Counted from the first letter of the stretch, positions 10,277 through 20,104 are shown. The stretch is 64,000 nucleotides of DNA from Phycisphaeraceae bacterium (GCA_963674705.1 OY771506.1:3168001-3232000), one strand, 5' to 3'. The notes: generated by a model not told the origin, from the sequence alone. A program made the numbers and translations.

Positions 10277-10942
10277 TCAACACGCCGTGGGGTCCCAGAC
10301 CCTCGGTAACGTTTCGAGGATCAGCTTTACGTCTTTTAACAGGCTCCGATTACGCAGGTAGCGCAGGTCGTAAGCCAATTTTCGTCTCATTCCCTCAACA
10401 TCATTGCTGTAGCCATTGCGGACCTGTGCCAGCCCGGTCAACCCCGGGGCGGCGGCGAGACGTCGCTCGATGCCCGGCAGGTCCTGGCGTAGTTCTTCGA
10501 TGATCTCCGGCCGTTCCGGTCGTGGACCCACCAGGCTCATATGACCGAGCAGGATGTTGACCAGTTGCGGCAACTCATCGACGTGGCTCTTGCGGATCCA
10601 CTGGCATCCGGGCAGAACCCTGGGGTCGCCGCTGGTTGCACACTGTGCGCCGTTGACTTCGGCGTTCAGGGACATCGTGCGGAACTTATAAAGCCGGAAC
10701 AGCCAGCCGTTGCGACCGACACGCCATTGCCGGTACAGCACGGGGCCGCCGTCCACGAGTTTGATCCACAGCCCACAGGCGACCATGATCGGCAACAGGG
10801 CGATCAACCCGATCGACGATGCGACGATATCAAGGACCCGTTTCTCGGCCTCGAATCGCCACCCGGGGTCGCGCAGTGAAAATGCCTTGGGGGCGTTCTC
10901 ATTGGCTTGGCTGGTTTTTAACTCGTGACTTTCCATACGCAT
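10277..10942 (-). CDS. priming sugar transferase (Bac_transf)
   Basis: KRVLDI, FRLYKFRTM, DELPQLVNIL, MSLVGPRPERP and PGLTGLAQV motifs. Confidence 0.95.
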   Translation of the reverse strand: MRMESHELKTSQANENAPKAFSLRDPGWRFEAEKRVLDIVASSIGLIALLPIMVACGLWIKLVDGGPVLYRQWRVGRNGWLFRLYKFRTMSLNAEVNGAQCATSGDPRVLPGCQWIRKSHVDELPQLVNILLGHMSLVGPRPERPEIIEELRQDLPGIERRLAAAPGLTGLAQVRNGYSNDVEGMRRKLAYDLRYLRNRSLLKDVKLILETLPRVWDPTAC

Positions 10943-11259
10943 TCACAATCTTCCGTAAACAGACTATGAGAGCCTGTCCTGAACGCTATCGGTGTGTCGG
11001 TGGCGCTACTTAATCAAGCTGGGCGATTGGTGAGGGATATAACGCCGGTACGGACCGGAACGGGTGAAACGGGCGAGCCTATCGGACGGACATTGCCGGT
11101 CAAAACAGATAAGAGCAGTTAAACGTTCAGTTAAAACAGGTACCCACACGTTTGGTCGATGAATAGCCAGCGGTTAGACTTATCTTTTCGACAATGGTCG
11201 AACCGATTCGGGGCTGAAGGGTGCGATGTATTCAACCATCCGGATCTAGAGGGCAATAA

Positions 11260-13068
11260 ATGACTTGGGAAGCTTGGGTGACGCTGGGGACCGTGCTCCT
11301 GATTGCGCTGGCGATGCTGCGCGGTTTGGCTGGGCCTGACACGGTTCTGCTGGCAGGTCTGGCGCTACTCATGGTTTTCGGACTATTCTCGGACGCGTTT
11401 CCCAGCGAGGCACAGGCCGTGGCGGGTTTCGGCAATGAAGCGGTTATTACAATCGCTGTTCTTTTTGTCATTGCCGAGGGATTGAATCAGACCGGCGCGA
11501 TGGGATTGGTCGTGCATCCTTTATTAGGGCGGCCCAAATCCATCACGTCCACGATAATGCGTCTGACGATTCCCGTTGCCGGGCTCAGCGCGTTCATGAA
11601 TAACACGCCGATCGTCGCGATGTATTTGCCGGTGGTTAATGACTGGTCCAAGAAAATCGGGCTCTCTCCGTCGAAGTTGTTTATCCCCCTCAGTTATGCG
11701 GCGATTCTGGGCGGGTCGTGCACGCTGATCGGCACGGCGACCAATCTGTTTGTAGCCGGCCAGGTCGAGAACGCACAGCAGCAGCGCGGTGAATTGATGG
11801 ACATCACGATTAATATGTTCACAAACACCAAGCTGGGTTTGCCATGCGCTTTGGTGGGATTGGCTTATCTCTTTTTTATCGCCCCGCGTATGTTGCCTGA
11901 CCGCCGTACGCCCGTGCAGGCAGGTGGGGATAGCCGGCGTTACACCGTGGAAATGCTGGTCGAATCGAAGAGCCCGATCGCCGGCAAAACAATTGAGCAG
12001 GCGGGCCTGCGATCGTTACCCGGCGCGTACATCGTCGAGATTGATCGTAACGGCGAACGTATCGCCGCTGTCGGTCCGGAGCAGGTTTTACATGCAGGCG
12101 ACCGTTTGATTTTCGCCGGCATCGTTGATTCTGTCGTGGACCTGCAACGCACCCGAGGCCTGGTGCCCGCTACGGACCAGGTCTTCAAGCTATCGGACCC
12201 GCGGCCGGACAGACGCCTGGTCGAGGCGGTGGTCAGTGATACGTGCCCTCTGGTGCGCAAGTCGATTCGTGAAGGTCAATTCCGTACCGTCTACAGCGCC
12301 GCCGTCATCGCGGTGCACCGTGCCGGGCAGCACCTGGGTAATCAGAAGATCGGCGACATCGTGCTCCAGCCCGGCGACACCCTTTTGCTGGAGACGCACC
12401 CACGTTTCGTTGACACTCAGCGCAACCGCCGGGACTTCTTTCTTGTGTCTGCGGTTGAAGGGTCCAAGCCTATCCGATACGAGCGGGCATGGGTCGCGCT
12501 ACTGTTGCTGCTATCGATGGTGATGGTGGCTACACTCACGCCGATGAGTCTGGTCGCTGCCGCGTTGGTCGCCTCGGGCCTGATGGTTGTGACCGGCTGT
12601 TGCACTCCAGGTGAAGCAAGGCAAAGCATCAACTGGCGCGTCATCTTGACAATGGGTGCGGCGATCGGCGTGGGCGAATCTCTGGATTCCACCGGCGCCG
12701 CCCGACATGTCGCCGAGTGGATTGTCAGTATCTGTCAGTCACTGGGGCCGCGTGGCATTCTCCTGGGTATCTACATCATCGGCATGTGCCTGACCTCCCT
12801 GATCGGGCCGATCGGCACGGTCGGGCTTCTGTTCCCCATTGCCAAGGCGACCGCGTTGGCGCAAGACCTCAGTTTCATGCCTTTTGCCATGTCGCTCATG
12901 GCGACCGCCACCGCAAGTTTCGCTTCACCGACCGCCTACCAGACCAACCTGATGGTTTACTCCGCCGGTGGGTACAAGTTCACCGATTATGTCCGAGTCG
13001 GCCTGCCGTTGAACATGATCATTATGGTCATCACCATTATCCTTGCGCCGATTATCTGGCCGTTTTAG
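11260..13068 (+). CDS. SLC13 family permease with TrkA-C domains (copy 1)
   Basis: SAFMNNTPIVA, TLIGTATN, two TrkA-C-like segments, ASFASPTAYQTN. Confidence 0.92.
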   Translation: MTWEAWVTLGTVLLIALAMLRGLAGPDTVLLAGLALLMVFGLFSDAFPSEAQAVAGFGNEAVITIAVLFVIAEGLNQTGAMGLVVHPLLGRPKSITSTIMRLTIPVAGLSAFMNNTPIVAMYLPVVNDWSKKIGLSPSKLFIPLSYAAILGGSCTLIGTATNLFVAGQVENAQQQRGELMDITINMFTNTKLGLPCALVGLAYLFFIAPRMLPDRRTPVQAGGDSRRYTVEMLVESKSPIAGKTIEQAGLRSLPGAYIVEIDRNGERIAAVGPEQVLHAGDRLIFAGIVDSVVDLQRTRGLVPATDQVFKLSDPRPDRRLVEAVVSDTCPLVRKSIREGQFRTVYSAAVIAVHRAGQHLGNQKIGDIVLQPGDTLLLETHPRFVDTQRNRRDFFLVSAVEGSKPIRYERAWVALLLLLSMVMVATLTPMSLVAAALVASGLMVVTGCCTPGEARQSINWRVILTMGAAIGVGESLDSTGAARHVAEWIVSICQSLGPRGILLGIYIIGMCLTSLIGPIGTVGLLFPIAKATALAQDLSFMPFAMSLMATATASFASPTAYQTNLMVYSAGGYKFTDYVRVGLPLNMIIMVITIILAPIIWPF

Positions 13069-13105
13069 AGCAATTTGCATGCTTTATGACCGTCATTCCC
13101 GCGCA

Positions 13106-14086
13106 CGGGCTTTATGCGCCATTTGCTTTAAGTGCTGGCGCTTTCGTACGTTTGCGCCCATACTGGTGAGAGCCTTACTCGACCTTACTCGACAAGGAGT
13201 CACCAGCATGGAACGCGAACTGTGGCACATCTTAGCAACACACCTCACTCACTTGGCAACCTGCACTCGGCGTGGCCGATTCACGCACCCGGTTACACGC
13301 ATCGTCCGTGTCTATCTCTGGGCGGTGCTGCATGATCGGCCGGTGTACTGGGCGTGTGATCGTCGCAACTGGGTCGGCGTCAAGCCGCCGGCGGTGTTGC
13401 CGGATCAATCGACGATGAGCCGACGACTCGCCCGGCACGAGACACGCAAGGTGTTGGACGTGTTGATGGATCGACTCGAACCACAAACCCAACAAGCGCT
13501 GACCCTGCGCATCGATGGCAAGCCGTTGCCCGTTGCCAAGCACAGCGCCGACCGTCGGGCGACGATCGGCCGCGGGGCCGGCGGGTTCCAGAAAGGCTAC
13601 AAATATCACGCGATTTATGCGGATAATAACCGTCCCGTCGCCTACCGCGTCACGCCGATGAACGTCGACGAACGCGTCGCCGCCAAGCAGATGATCGGCC
13701 AGCAGCCGCACGGCGAAGGCTACCTGCTGGCCGACGCCAACTACGAAACCAACCCGCTTTATGACCAGGCCGCCGAAGCCGGCCGCGTCCTGGTGACGCC
13801 GCGCCGCTTCCGACGCGCCAAAGGCCTGGGCCAGTCACGCCAACACAGCGAGCACCGTGTGGCGATGATCCAACGCATGCGTTCGCCTTCACCGTTCATC
13901 CGCCGACTGCTCGCCACACGCCGCCAGGTCGAGACACGCCTGGCCAACCTGTGCAACTTCGGCGGCGGCCTGACGCACCTGCCGCCATGGGTGCGAGGCC
14001 GACGTGTTGAACCTTACGTGACCGCCAAAATCCTGATCCGCCTCGCACGTGACCATGTGATCCGACAACGTAGTGCATAAAGCCCG
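13106..14086 (+). mobile_element. 981-bp insertion sequence
   Basis: Perfect 12-bp TIR CGGGCTTTATGC (13106-13117) / GCATAAAGCCCG (14075-14086), CA on both flanks, single transposase ORF. Confidence 0.88.
13208..14080 (+). CDS. DDE transposase (DDE_Tnp_1-like; IS5/IS982 neighbourhood, family uncertain)
   Basis: RIDGKPL, GYKYH, LLADANY and RRQVETRL acidic-triad motifs; AAGGAG SD before ATG 13208. Confidence 0.88.
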   Translation: MERELWHILATHLTHLATCTRRGRFTHPVTRIVRVYLWAVLHDRPVYWACDRRNWVGVKPPAVLPDQSTMSRRLARHETRKVLDVLMDRLEPQTQQALTLRIDGKPLPVAKHSADRRATIGRGAGGFQKGYKYHAIYADNNRPVAYRVTPMNVDERVAAKQMIGQQPHGEGYLLADANYETNPLYDQAAEAGRVLVTPRRFRRAKGLGQSRQHSEHRVAMIQRMRSPSPFIRRLLATRRQVETRLANLCNFGGGLTHLPPWVRGRRVEPYVTAKILIRLARDHVIRQRSA

Positions 14087-14258
14087 CAGGCGGGAATCCA
14101 CGCGCCCAGTGAAATCCTGGAGCATTCTTAGTGCAACTGTTTTGGGTGCCACACTTTGACCTGAAAGGCAAAGTGTGTTGTGTTAACGCACACTTTGCTG
14201 CTGCGCAGTCAAGGTGTGGCACCCCGAAACACGACGCCTGGATTATGAATGACCTGGA

Positions 14259-14286
14259 CGTGGACCCCGCGTGCGCGGGGATGACA
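14259..14286 (-). repeat. REP-like palindrome, inverted partner of the IS-split REP at 13091-13105 + 14089-14102
   Basis: Reverse complement TGTCATCCCCGCGCACGCGGGGTCCACG versus reconstructed CGTCATTCCCGCGCAGGCGGGAATCCACG. Confidence 0.75.
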
Positions 14287-14467
14287 GCAAATGGAGCGGA
14301 CTCAAACGATGCAAATCGCTCTAAGCCAACCGCAGCGAACGATTCTCTCTCTCGCTTAGGGAACAGAGCCTGTTTGTGTGTAAAATGTGCGATCCTGTAA
14401 GGATGGATGGTAGGCCGTCCGAGATATAAGTGGTGAAAGTTGACGTAAGAGATTTAAAGGATAACGG

Positions 14468-16270
14468 ATGACGTGGGAAGCCTGGTTCACGATAGTGGTG
14501 GTGGTGTTGGTGCTTGTGGCGCTGGCGCGGAACTGGTCGGGGCCAGACATCATCCTGTTAGGAGGTCTGAGTCTGCTGGTGACGGCGGGCTTGTTCTCCA
14601 CCGATGGCAAGCTGCCCACCGCTGGCAAAGCGTTTTTGGGTTTTGGTAACAGTGGGCCGATTACGGTTGGTGTTTTATATGTCGTTGTAGCCGGGCTGGT
14701 AAAAACCGGTGCGATGACACTTATTACCCAGCCGCTGCTTGGGATGCCCAAGACCGCGCTAGGCGCCCAACTCCGCCTGCTGTTGCCGGTCGGGACGCTG
14801 AGCGCTTTCCTTAATAACACGCCGGTGGTGGCGATGTTTATCCCGGTGGTGCAGGACTGGTGTAAGAAGACGGGGATCAGCCCGTCCAAGTTGCTTTTGC
14901 CGTTGAGTTACGTCTCGATCTGCGGGGGGATGTGCACACTTGTTGGCACGAGCACGAACCTGGTTGTCAACGGCCTGCTGGTCTCGGACGCAGACATGAA
15001 GATGCCGCAGGGGCTGGGCATGTTTCAGATCGCCTGGCTGGGTTTACCGGTAGGGGCGGTATGCGTGACGTATCTGTTATTAGTGTCCAGCAAGTTGTTG
15101 CCCAGCAGGCAGGCTGCGCTCAGTGCATCGGACGATCCCAGGCAATACACGGTAGAGATGACGGTCGCGGCTAACGGACCGCTGGTTGGCAAGACGATTC
15201 AGGAAGGTGGATTGAGACATCTGCCCGGCCTGTTTTTGGCGGAAATCGATCGCCAGGGGCATGCGTTACCGGCGGTGGGTCCTAACGAAAAGCTTCAGGC
15301 CGACGACCGTCTGATCTTCGTGGGGATCATTGACTCCGTCGTCGATCTGCGAAAAATCCGGGGTCTGGTACCGGCCGAAGACCATGTATTCAAACTCAAC
15401 GAATCGCAAACCTACCGCACGATGATCGAAGCGGTGGTGTCGGATAGTTGTCCGCTGGTGGGCAAGACGATCCGCGAAGGGCGATTCCGATCGGTCTACA
15501 GCGCGGCCGTGTTGGCTGTTGCGCGTAACGGCAGCCGGATCCGTAACCAGAAGATCGGCGACATCGTGCTGCGTGCCGGTGATACGCTGCTGCTTGAGGC
15601 CGGGCCGGGCTTCATCGACCAGCAGCGCAACAGCCGGGACTTTTACCTGGTCAGCCGGATCGAGGATTCTGCGCCGATCCGTCACAACCGTGCATGGATC
15701 GCGCTGGGAACGCTTGCCGCGATGATCGTGACGGTCGCGTTTGGCTGGCTGAGCATGCTGCACGCCGCGATGCTGGCGGCCGGCGTCATGATCATCTCAC
15801 GCTGTTGCACAGGCACCGAGGCTCGTAAGAGTGTGGACTGGCAGGTGCTGCTGGTGATCGGCGCGGCGCTGGGCGTCGGTAGCGCCATTGAATCCAGCGG
15901 CGCTGCATCCTTCATCGCGGGGAAACTGATCGGCCTGGCCGGCGGGCATCCGTGGTTCGTCCTGTTGATGGTGTACCTGGTGACGACGCTGTTCACCGAG
16001 GTGATCACGAACAACGCCGCCGCGGTGATGGTGTATCCGATCGCCAAGGCCAGTGCGATTGGGATGGATGTGAGTTTCCTGCCCTTTATTTTTGTGATCA
16101 TGATCGGTGCATCCGCGAGCTTCGCCACGCCTCTGGGTTACCAGACGAACACCATGGTCTACGGCGTCGGTGGCTATCGCTTCGGGGACTACATCAAAGT
16201 CGGTCTGCCTATGAACCTGCTGGTGATGACGGTGGCGGTGATCATCGCACCGATGATCTGGCCTTTCTGA
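14468..16270 (+). CDS. SLC13 family permease with TrkA-C domains (copy 2)
   Basis: Same MTWEAW start and WPF end as copy 1; SAFLNNTPVVA, TEVITNNAAA, ASFATPLGYQTN. Confidence 0.92.
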   Translation: MTWEAWFTIVVVVLVLVALARNWSGPDIILLGGLSLLVTAGLFSTDGKLPTAGKAFLGFGNSGPITVGVLYVVVAGLVKTGAMTLITQPLLGMPKTALGAQLRLLLPVGTLSAFLNNTPVVAMFIPVVQDWCKKTGISPSKLLLPLSYVSICGGMCTLVGTSTNLVVNGLLVSDADMKMPQGLGMFQIAWLGLPVGAVCVTYLLLVSSKLLPSRQAALSASDDPRQYTVEMTVAANGPLVGKTIQEGGLRHLPGLFLAEIDRQGHALPAVGPNEKLQADDRLIFVGIIDSVVDLRKIRGLVPAEDHVFKLNESQTYRTMIEAVVSDSCPLVGKTIREGRFRSVYSAAVLAVARNGSRIRNQKIGDIVLRAGDTLLLEAGPGFIDQQRNSRDFYLVSRIEDSAPIRHNRAWIALGTLAAMIVTVAFGWLSMLHAAMLAAGVMIISRCCTGTEARKSVDWQVLLVIGAALGVGSAIESSGAASFIAGKLIGLAGGHPWFVLLMVYLVTTLFTEVITNNAAAVMVYPIAKASAIGMDVSFLPFIFVIMIGASASFATPLGYQTNTMVYGVGGYRFGDYIKVGLPMNLLVMTVAVIIAPMIWPF

Positions 16271-16362
16271 CGCAGATTCTTGGCCTGAAGAATTAAGCTG
16301 CTACCATTATCCGACCGTCAATACGGGCGTTGGTTTCATTTTTACTCATACAAGGCAGCACC

Positions 16363-18021
16363 ATGCTTCCCAAAATCGATACACGTTACTTGGCGCGTTA
16401 CCGCGATATCACCCGGCTGCTGATGCGGCACGGTGGACGAGAACTTCTGCGTCTGACCGGTTTGGATTCATTGCTGAAACCGGAAGACGAGGAGGCTTTA
16501 AAGGCTGACGCGGCTGAACTGGCGACCGACCTGGAGCAGATGGGGCCCACGTTCGTGAAACTCGGGCAACTGCTTGCGGGGCGTTCGGATGTTCTGCCCG
16601 AGGCGCACCTCGAGGCGCTGCGTCGTTTGCACGGCCGGGTTAAGCCGTTCTCTTTTGAAGAAGTGCAGAAGATCATCCGTGAGGAACTGGGTCGCGACAT
16701 CGACGATGTGTACGCCAGTTTCGACTCTGAGCCATTAGCAGCGGCGTCGATCGGGCAGGTGCATGCCGCCACGCTCAAGAGCGGCGAGAAGGTGGTCGTG
16801 AAGGTGCAGCGACCCAAGGCACGTGAAACGATCGAGCTGGACCTGCGTGCGATGGATCAGATCGCATCGCTACTGGATGAACACACCGACCTTGGGCGTA
16901 GGTATCACTTCCAGGCAGTGCTTCGGAACCTGGAGCGTTCGCTTAGAAGTGAATTGGATTACACCAACGAAGCCGACAATCTGAGGGTGATGCGGGAGAA
17001 TCTGGAAAGTTATGACAAACTGCTCGTGCCCAAGGCGTATGATGAGTTAACCACCCCGCGCGTGTTGACGATGCAGTTTATTCACGGGCAGACACTGGAT
17101 TCACTCAGAGATCAACCGAGTGGGTCACATGATCGAGATGAACTGGCGGATCAGTTCCTCAGCGCTTACCTGCAGCAAATCATCGAAGATGGTGTCTTCC
17201 ACGCGGACCCGCATCCGGGCAACCTGATTCTTGCAGAAGATGGCAAACTCGCGCTGATCGACCTGGGGCTGGTCGGGCGGGTATCCACCGGCATGCAGGA
17301 GCACATCCTTCAGTTACTGGTTGCGCTTTCAGAGGGGCGGACCGAGGATGCGGCCTCGGCCTGCGAAGCCTTGGGCGATCGTTTGGAAGATTTTGACGGT
17401 TCGGCGTATCGCAGCAGCGTGCGTGAAGTTATCACGCAGGAGTACGGCCGAAGCGTCAGCCGAATGCAGTTAGGCCAACTCGTGTTGCGTATGACACGGA
17501 TCGCGGGCGAATCAGGCTTGCGTATCGCACCGGAAGTCATGGTGCTGGGCAAGATGCTCGTGTTGCTGGATGAGTCCGGTCACCTGCTCGCGCCGGACTT
17601 TGATACGAATGCCGCAATGCGCCGCCAGGTTTCCAAGCTGCTGAAGCGCAAGTTAGCGGGTAGCGTTAGCCTGGGGCAGACGATGGTGACGGCTCTACAG
17701 ACCAAGCAGTTCATGAGCGCATTACCGAACCGTATCAGCAAGGCGTTGGACATCATTGCGGACAACGCGTTTCGTGTGCGCGTCGATGCGCTGGATGAGA
17801 ACCGGTTGATCGCGGTGATCGAGAAGATCGCCAACCGTGTGACGATCGGGCTGGTTGTCTCGGCGATGATCCTGGCGGGGGCGCTGCTGATGAACGGCGA
17901 TGCACCACACACGATCTGGGGCTACCCGGCGTTTGGAATGATCCTGCTCCTGATCGGGCTGGTGATCGGCACGTTTGTATTGGTGCGTGTGATATGGAAC
18001 GACTTTATCAAGGGGAGCTGA
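16363..18021 (+). CDS. ABC1/AarF/UbiB family atypical kinase
   Basis: MGPTFVKLGQ, AAASIGQVH, VVVKVQRP, ELDY, FHADPHPGN, C-terminal TMs. Confidence 0.92.
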   Translation: MLPKIDTRYLARYRDITRLLMRHGGRELLRLTGLDSLLKPEDEEALKADAAELATDLEQMGPTFVKLGQLLAGRSDVLPEAHLEALRRLHGRVKPFSFEEVQKIIREELGRDIDDVYASFDSEPLAAASIGQVHAATLKSGEKVVVKVQRPKARETIELDLRAMDQIASLLDEHTDLGRRYHFQAVLRNLERSLRSELDYTNEADNLRVMRENLESYDKLLVPKAYDELTTPRVLTMQFIHGQTLDSLRDQPSGSHDRDELADQFLSAYLQQIIEDGVFHADPHPGNLILAEDGKLALIDLGLVGRVSTGMQEHILQLLVALSEGRTEDAASACEALGDRLEDFDGSAYRSSVREVITQEYGRSVSRMQLGQLVLRMTRIAGESGLRIAPEVMVLGKMLVLLDESGHLLAPDFDTNAAMRRQVSKLLKRKLAGSVSLGQTMVTALQTKQFMSALPNRISKALDIIADNAFRVRVDALDENRLIAVIEKIANRVTIGLVVSAMILAGALLMNGDAPHTIWGYPAFGMILLLIGLVIGTFVLVRVIWNDFIKGS

Positions 18022-18036
18022 GCGGGGTCGCGTGGA

Positions 18037-18402
18037 TCAACGTTTGTCATCTGATGTGCTGATTTTCAAATCGACACGACGCAGTGCTTTACCTTTGTGT
18101 TGCGTGATGAGTTGATCAAACACGCCGCTGCGCAATAGTCGGTCCAGTTCGTAGAGTCTGCCGCTGGAGTCGACCGAGACATGCAGGACGCCGCGGTTCA
18201 GGCTTTCCAGTTGGGTGTGCGCTGCCAGCTCTTGCGGGATCAGCTCCATCCAGATGGCGGATAGATCACCGAGCTGCTCGAACGGTTTTTGCACCTCGCG
18301 TTTGAACTGGTTGCGCAGAAACCCCAGCGACAGGTCCGGGTCCTTGCGGTTGCGGTGCTCTCGCAAATTATCGAGGTGTGTCTGGTAGGGGTCTTTGGCC
18401 AT
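18037..18402 (-). CDS. DUF721/DciA-like protein
   Basis: WMELIPQELAAHTQLESLNRGVLHVSVDSS pattern. Confidence 0.7.
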   Translation of the reverse strand: MAKDPYQTHLDNLREHRNRKDPDLSLGFLRNQFKREVQKPFEQLGDLSAIWMELIPQELAAHTQLESLNRGVLHVSVDSSGRLYELDRLLRSGVFDQLITQHKGKALRRVDLKISTSDDKR

Positions 18403-18457
18403 ATTTATCTATGATACACATCCCACACCCGAGCCCCAATCCATTACAATCCCGCCC

Positions 18458-18982
18458 ATGAATCTAATCCTCTTCGGTTATCGTGGCTGCGGTAAGACGA
18501 CCCTCGGCAAGAAACTGGCTAACCAGCTCTGGAAAGAGTTCGTGGACGGCGACGACGCCGTGCGTAAGCGTTTTGACGGCCGGACCATCGCGGATGTCTG
18601 GGCCAACGAAGGCGAAGCCGAGTTCCGCCGGGTCGAGGCGGAGGTGACGCAGGGATTCTGCAAGCTGGAAAACCACGTCATCGCGCTGGGCGGCGGGGCG
18701 ATCATCAACGATCAGACAAGAAAAGTGATCAAGGCCGCACCCGATACCGTCAGGTTGTACCTGTACTGCGAACCGGCGGAACTGTGCAGACGCATCCACG
18801 GCGACGCGACAACCACCACCGAACGCCCCAGCCTGACCAACCTGGGCGGCGGCGTGGAAGAAATCAAAAAAGTGTTAGCCGAGCGCGACCCGATCTATCG
18901 CGATGGAGCCGATCACGTCTTTGATGTGACCCACACGGGCATCGACGAAGCGGTACGGCATATCGTGGCGAAGTTTTTGTGA
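18458..18982 (+). CDS. aroK: shikimate kinase
   Basis: GYRGCGKTT, EGEAEFRRVE, ALGGG, RPSL and ERDPIY motifs. Confidence 0.93.
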   Translation: MNLILFGYRGCGKTTLGKKLANQLWKEFVDGDDAVRKRFDGRTIADVWANEGEAEFRRVEAEVTQGFCKLENHVIALGGGAIINDQTRKVIKAAPDTVRLYLYCEPAELCRRIHGDATTTTERPSLTNLGGGVEEIKKVLAERDPIYRDGADHVFDVTHTGIDEAVRHIVAKFL

Positions 18983-18991
18983 TTGGGAAGT

Positions 18992-19060
18992 AGCCGCGAA
19001 TGAACGCGGATGCACGCAAATATGAGTTGCTGTTTGATTCGCGTTGATTGGCGTTTATTT
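18992..19060. repeat. degenerate hairpin repeat (CCGCGAATGAACGCGGATGCACGC...ATTCGCGTTGATTGGCGTT type)
   Basis: Imperfect 10-mer repeats facing their complements, immediately after the aroK stop. Confidence 0.5.
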
Positions 19061-19097
19061 GAATTGTTGGCAGCATGAGAATGGGGCATTCGCAGCG

Positions 19098-19694
19098 ATG
19101 ATTCAAGTGCGGGAAGCGTCTGCAACCGAACAATCCGAAGCCGCCTCGGTTTCGTACCAGGCTTTTGCGACCACCCGAAACATCTACAAGATCAAGCCAG
19201 ATGTTGTTGCTGCCACTAATGCAAATCATGATACGTTGACACGGCTGGTTGCTGTGGATGACGGCAACATCGTCGGGACGGTTAAATACCGAATCAACCG
19301 GAGACGCCTGCACATTATTGGATTGGGTGTATTGCCTGATAAGCGGCGGCAAGGCGTCGCCAGATGTCTGATTGATGAGTTATTCCGCTTAGCCGCGTCA
19401 CACGATTGTTCTGTGATGTCTTTGTTCACCATCAAGCAGACTGGGAATGTGGCTGTGTTTGAGCGGTTGGGTTTTAGTGCAGTGCGGGAAGAATTCGACA
19501 CACTGGCGGTGAGTTGGACGGGCGGACCATTGATCGATGTGTATATGGAACGGCCTATCGTGGCGAAGTTTTTGTGTGTGAGATCGCTATTGTTCAGTCT
19601 GACAATCTTCAAAATATCAACGTTTAATAACGAGAGACACTTCAATGGCTACTTCACGGAGACGGTACTCCGATCTGATAAGAGGATATTGTGA
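19098..19694 (+). CDS. GNAT N-acetyltransferase
   Basis: LGVLPDKRRQGVARCLI acetyl-CoA motif, NVAVFERLGF; the C-terminus runs into a copy of the aroK tail. Confidence 0.85.
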   Translation: MIQVREASATEQSEAASVSYQAFATTRNIYKIKPDVVAATNANHDTLTRLVAVDDGNIVGTVKYRINRRRLHIIGLGVLPDKRRQGVARCLIDELFRLAASHDCSVMSLFTIKQTGNVAVFERLGFSAVREEFDTLAVSWTGGPLIDVYMERPIVAKFLCVRSLLFSLTIFKISTFNNERHFNGYFTETVLRSDKRIL

Positions 19695-19938
19695 AGCGAG
19701 AAGCATTCAGATTCCGATCGGCTTCAAAGGGAAGTCTGCAAGCCGGTACGCCATCATTTACCTGGAAGATCCTCCGAGGCTGGTGGCAAGAACATGGACT
19801 GTTCAAGCGGACGTTGTTTATTACCTGAACAATCTCGCCAAGGATGTGCCTATGCAAATACTCGACTTCAAGGAAGGTGTTGAGATGATCTATAAGGGGG
19901 GCAATCACTTACATCGTGATAAGCCGTTTATGGATTAA
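19645..19938 (+). CDS. hypothetical protein
   Basis: 97-aa ORF in AT-richer DNA, protein-like composition. Confidence 0.55.
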   Translation: MATSRRRYSDLIRGYCEARSIQIPIGFKGKSASRYAIIYLEDPPRLVARTWTVQADVVYYLNNLAKDVPMQILDFKEGVEMIYKGGNHLHRDKPFMD

Positions 19939-19967
19939 TACGATACGGTGTCCAAGAATACCGCGCA

Positions 19968-20104
19968 TAAAAAAAGCCGAGTGAGCTGGGATAATGGATG
20001 AAAATAACGATAAGTACTGATCGATCGGTTTGCCTCACTCGGCGTCTCGAAGTTCAAGATGTGTTATCACGTGGCTGACGGCCTCCTTTCGTTTCTCTGT
20101 CCAT
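19968..20104 (-). ncRNA. candidate small RNA or small-peptide transcript
   Basis: Minus-strand TTGACT-N16-GACAAT (20136-20109), then a 10-bp stem GCCGAGTGAG/CTCACTCGGC followed by U7. Confidence 0.45.

Larger units (their letters stand above)
13066..14323. mobile_element. MITE-like element with TA-ended inverted repeats, carrying an inverted REP pair and interrupted by an IS
   Basis: TAGAGCAATTTGCAT (13066-13080) and ATGCAAATCGCTCTA (14309-14323) match 14/15 as an inverted repeat; REP arms lie inside. Confidence 0.65.

Noticed and set aside
13043..13207. N-terminal extension of the transposase ORF from 13043
   Set aside because: It crosses the IS left end and the permease stop; the SD-supported start is ATG 13208
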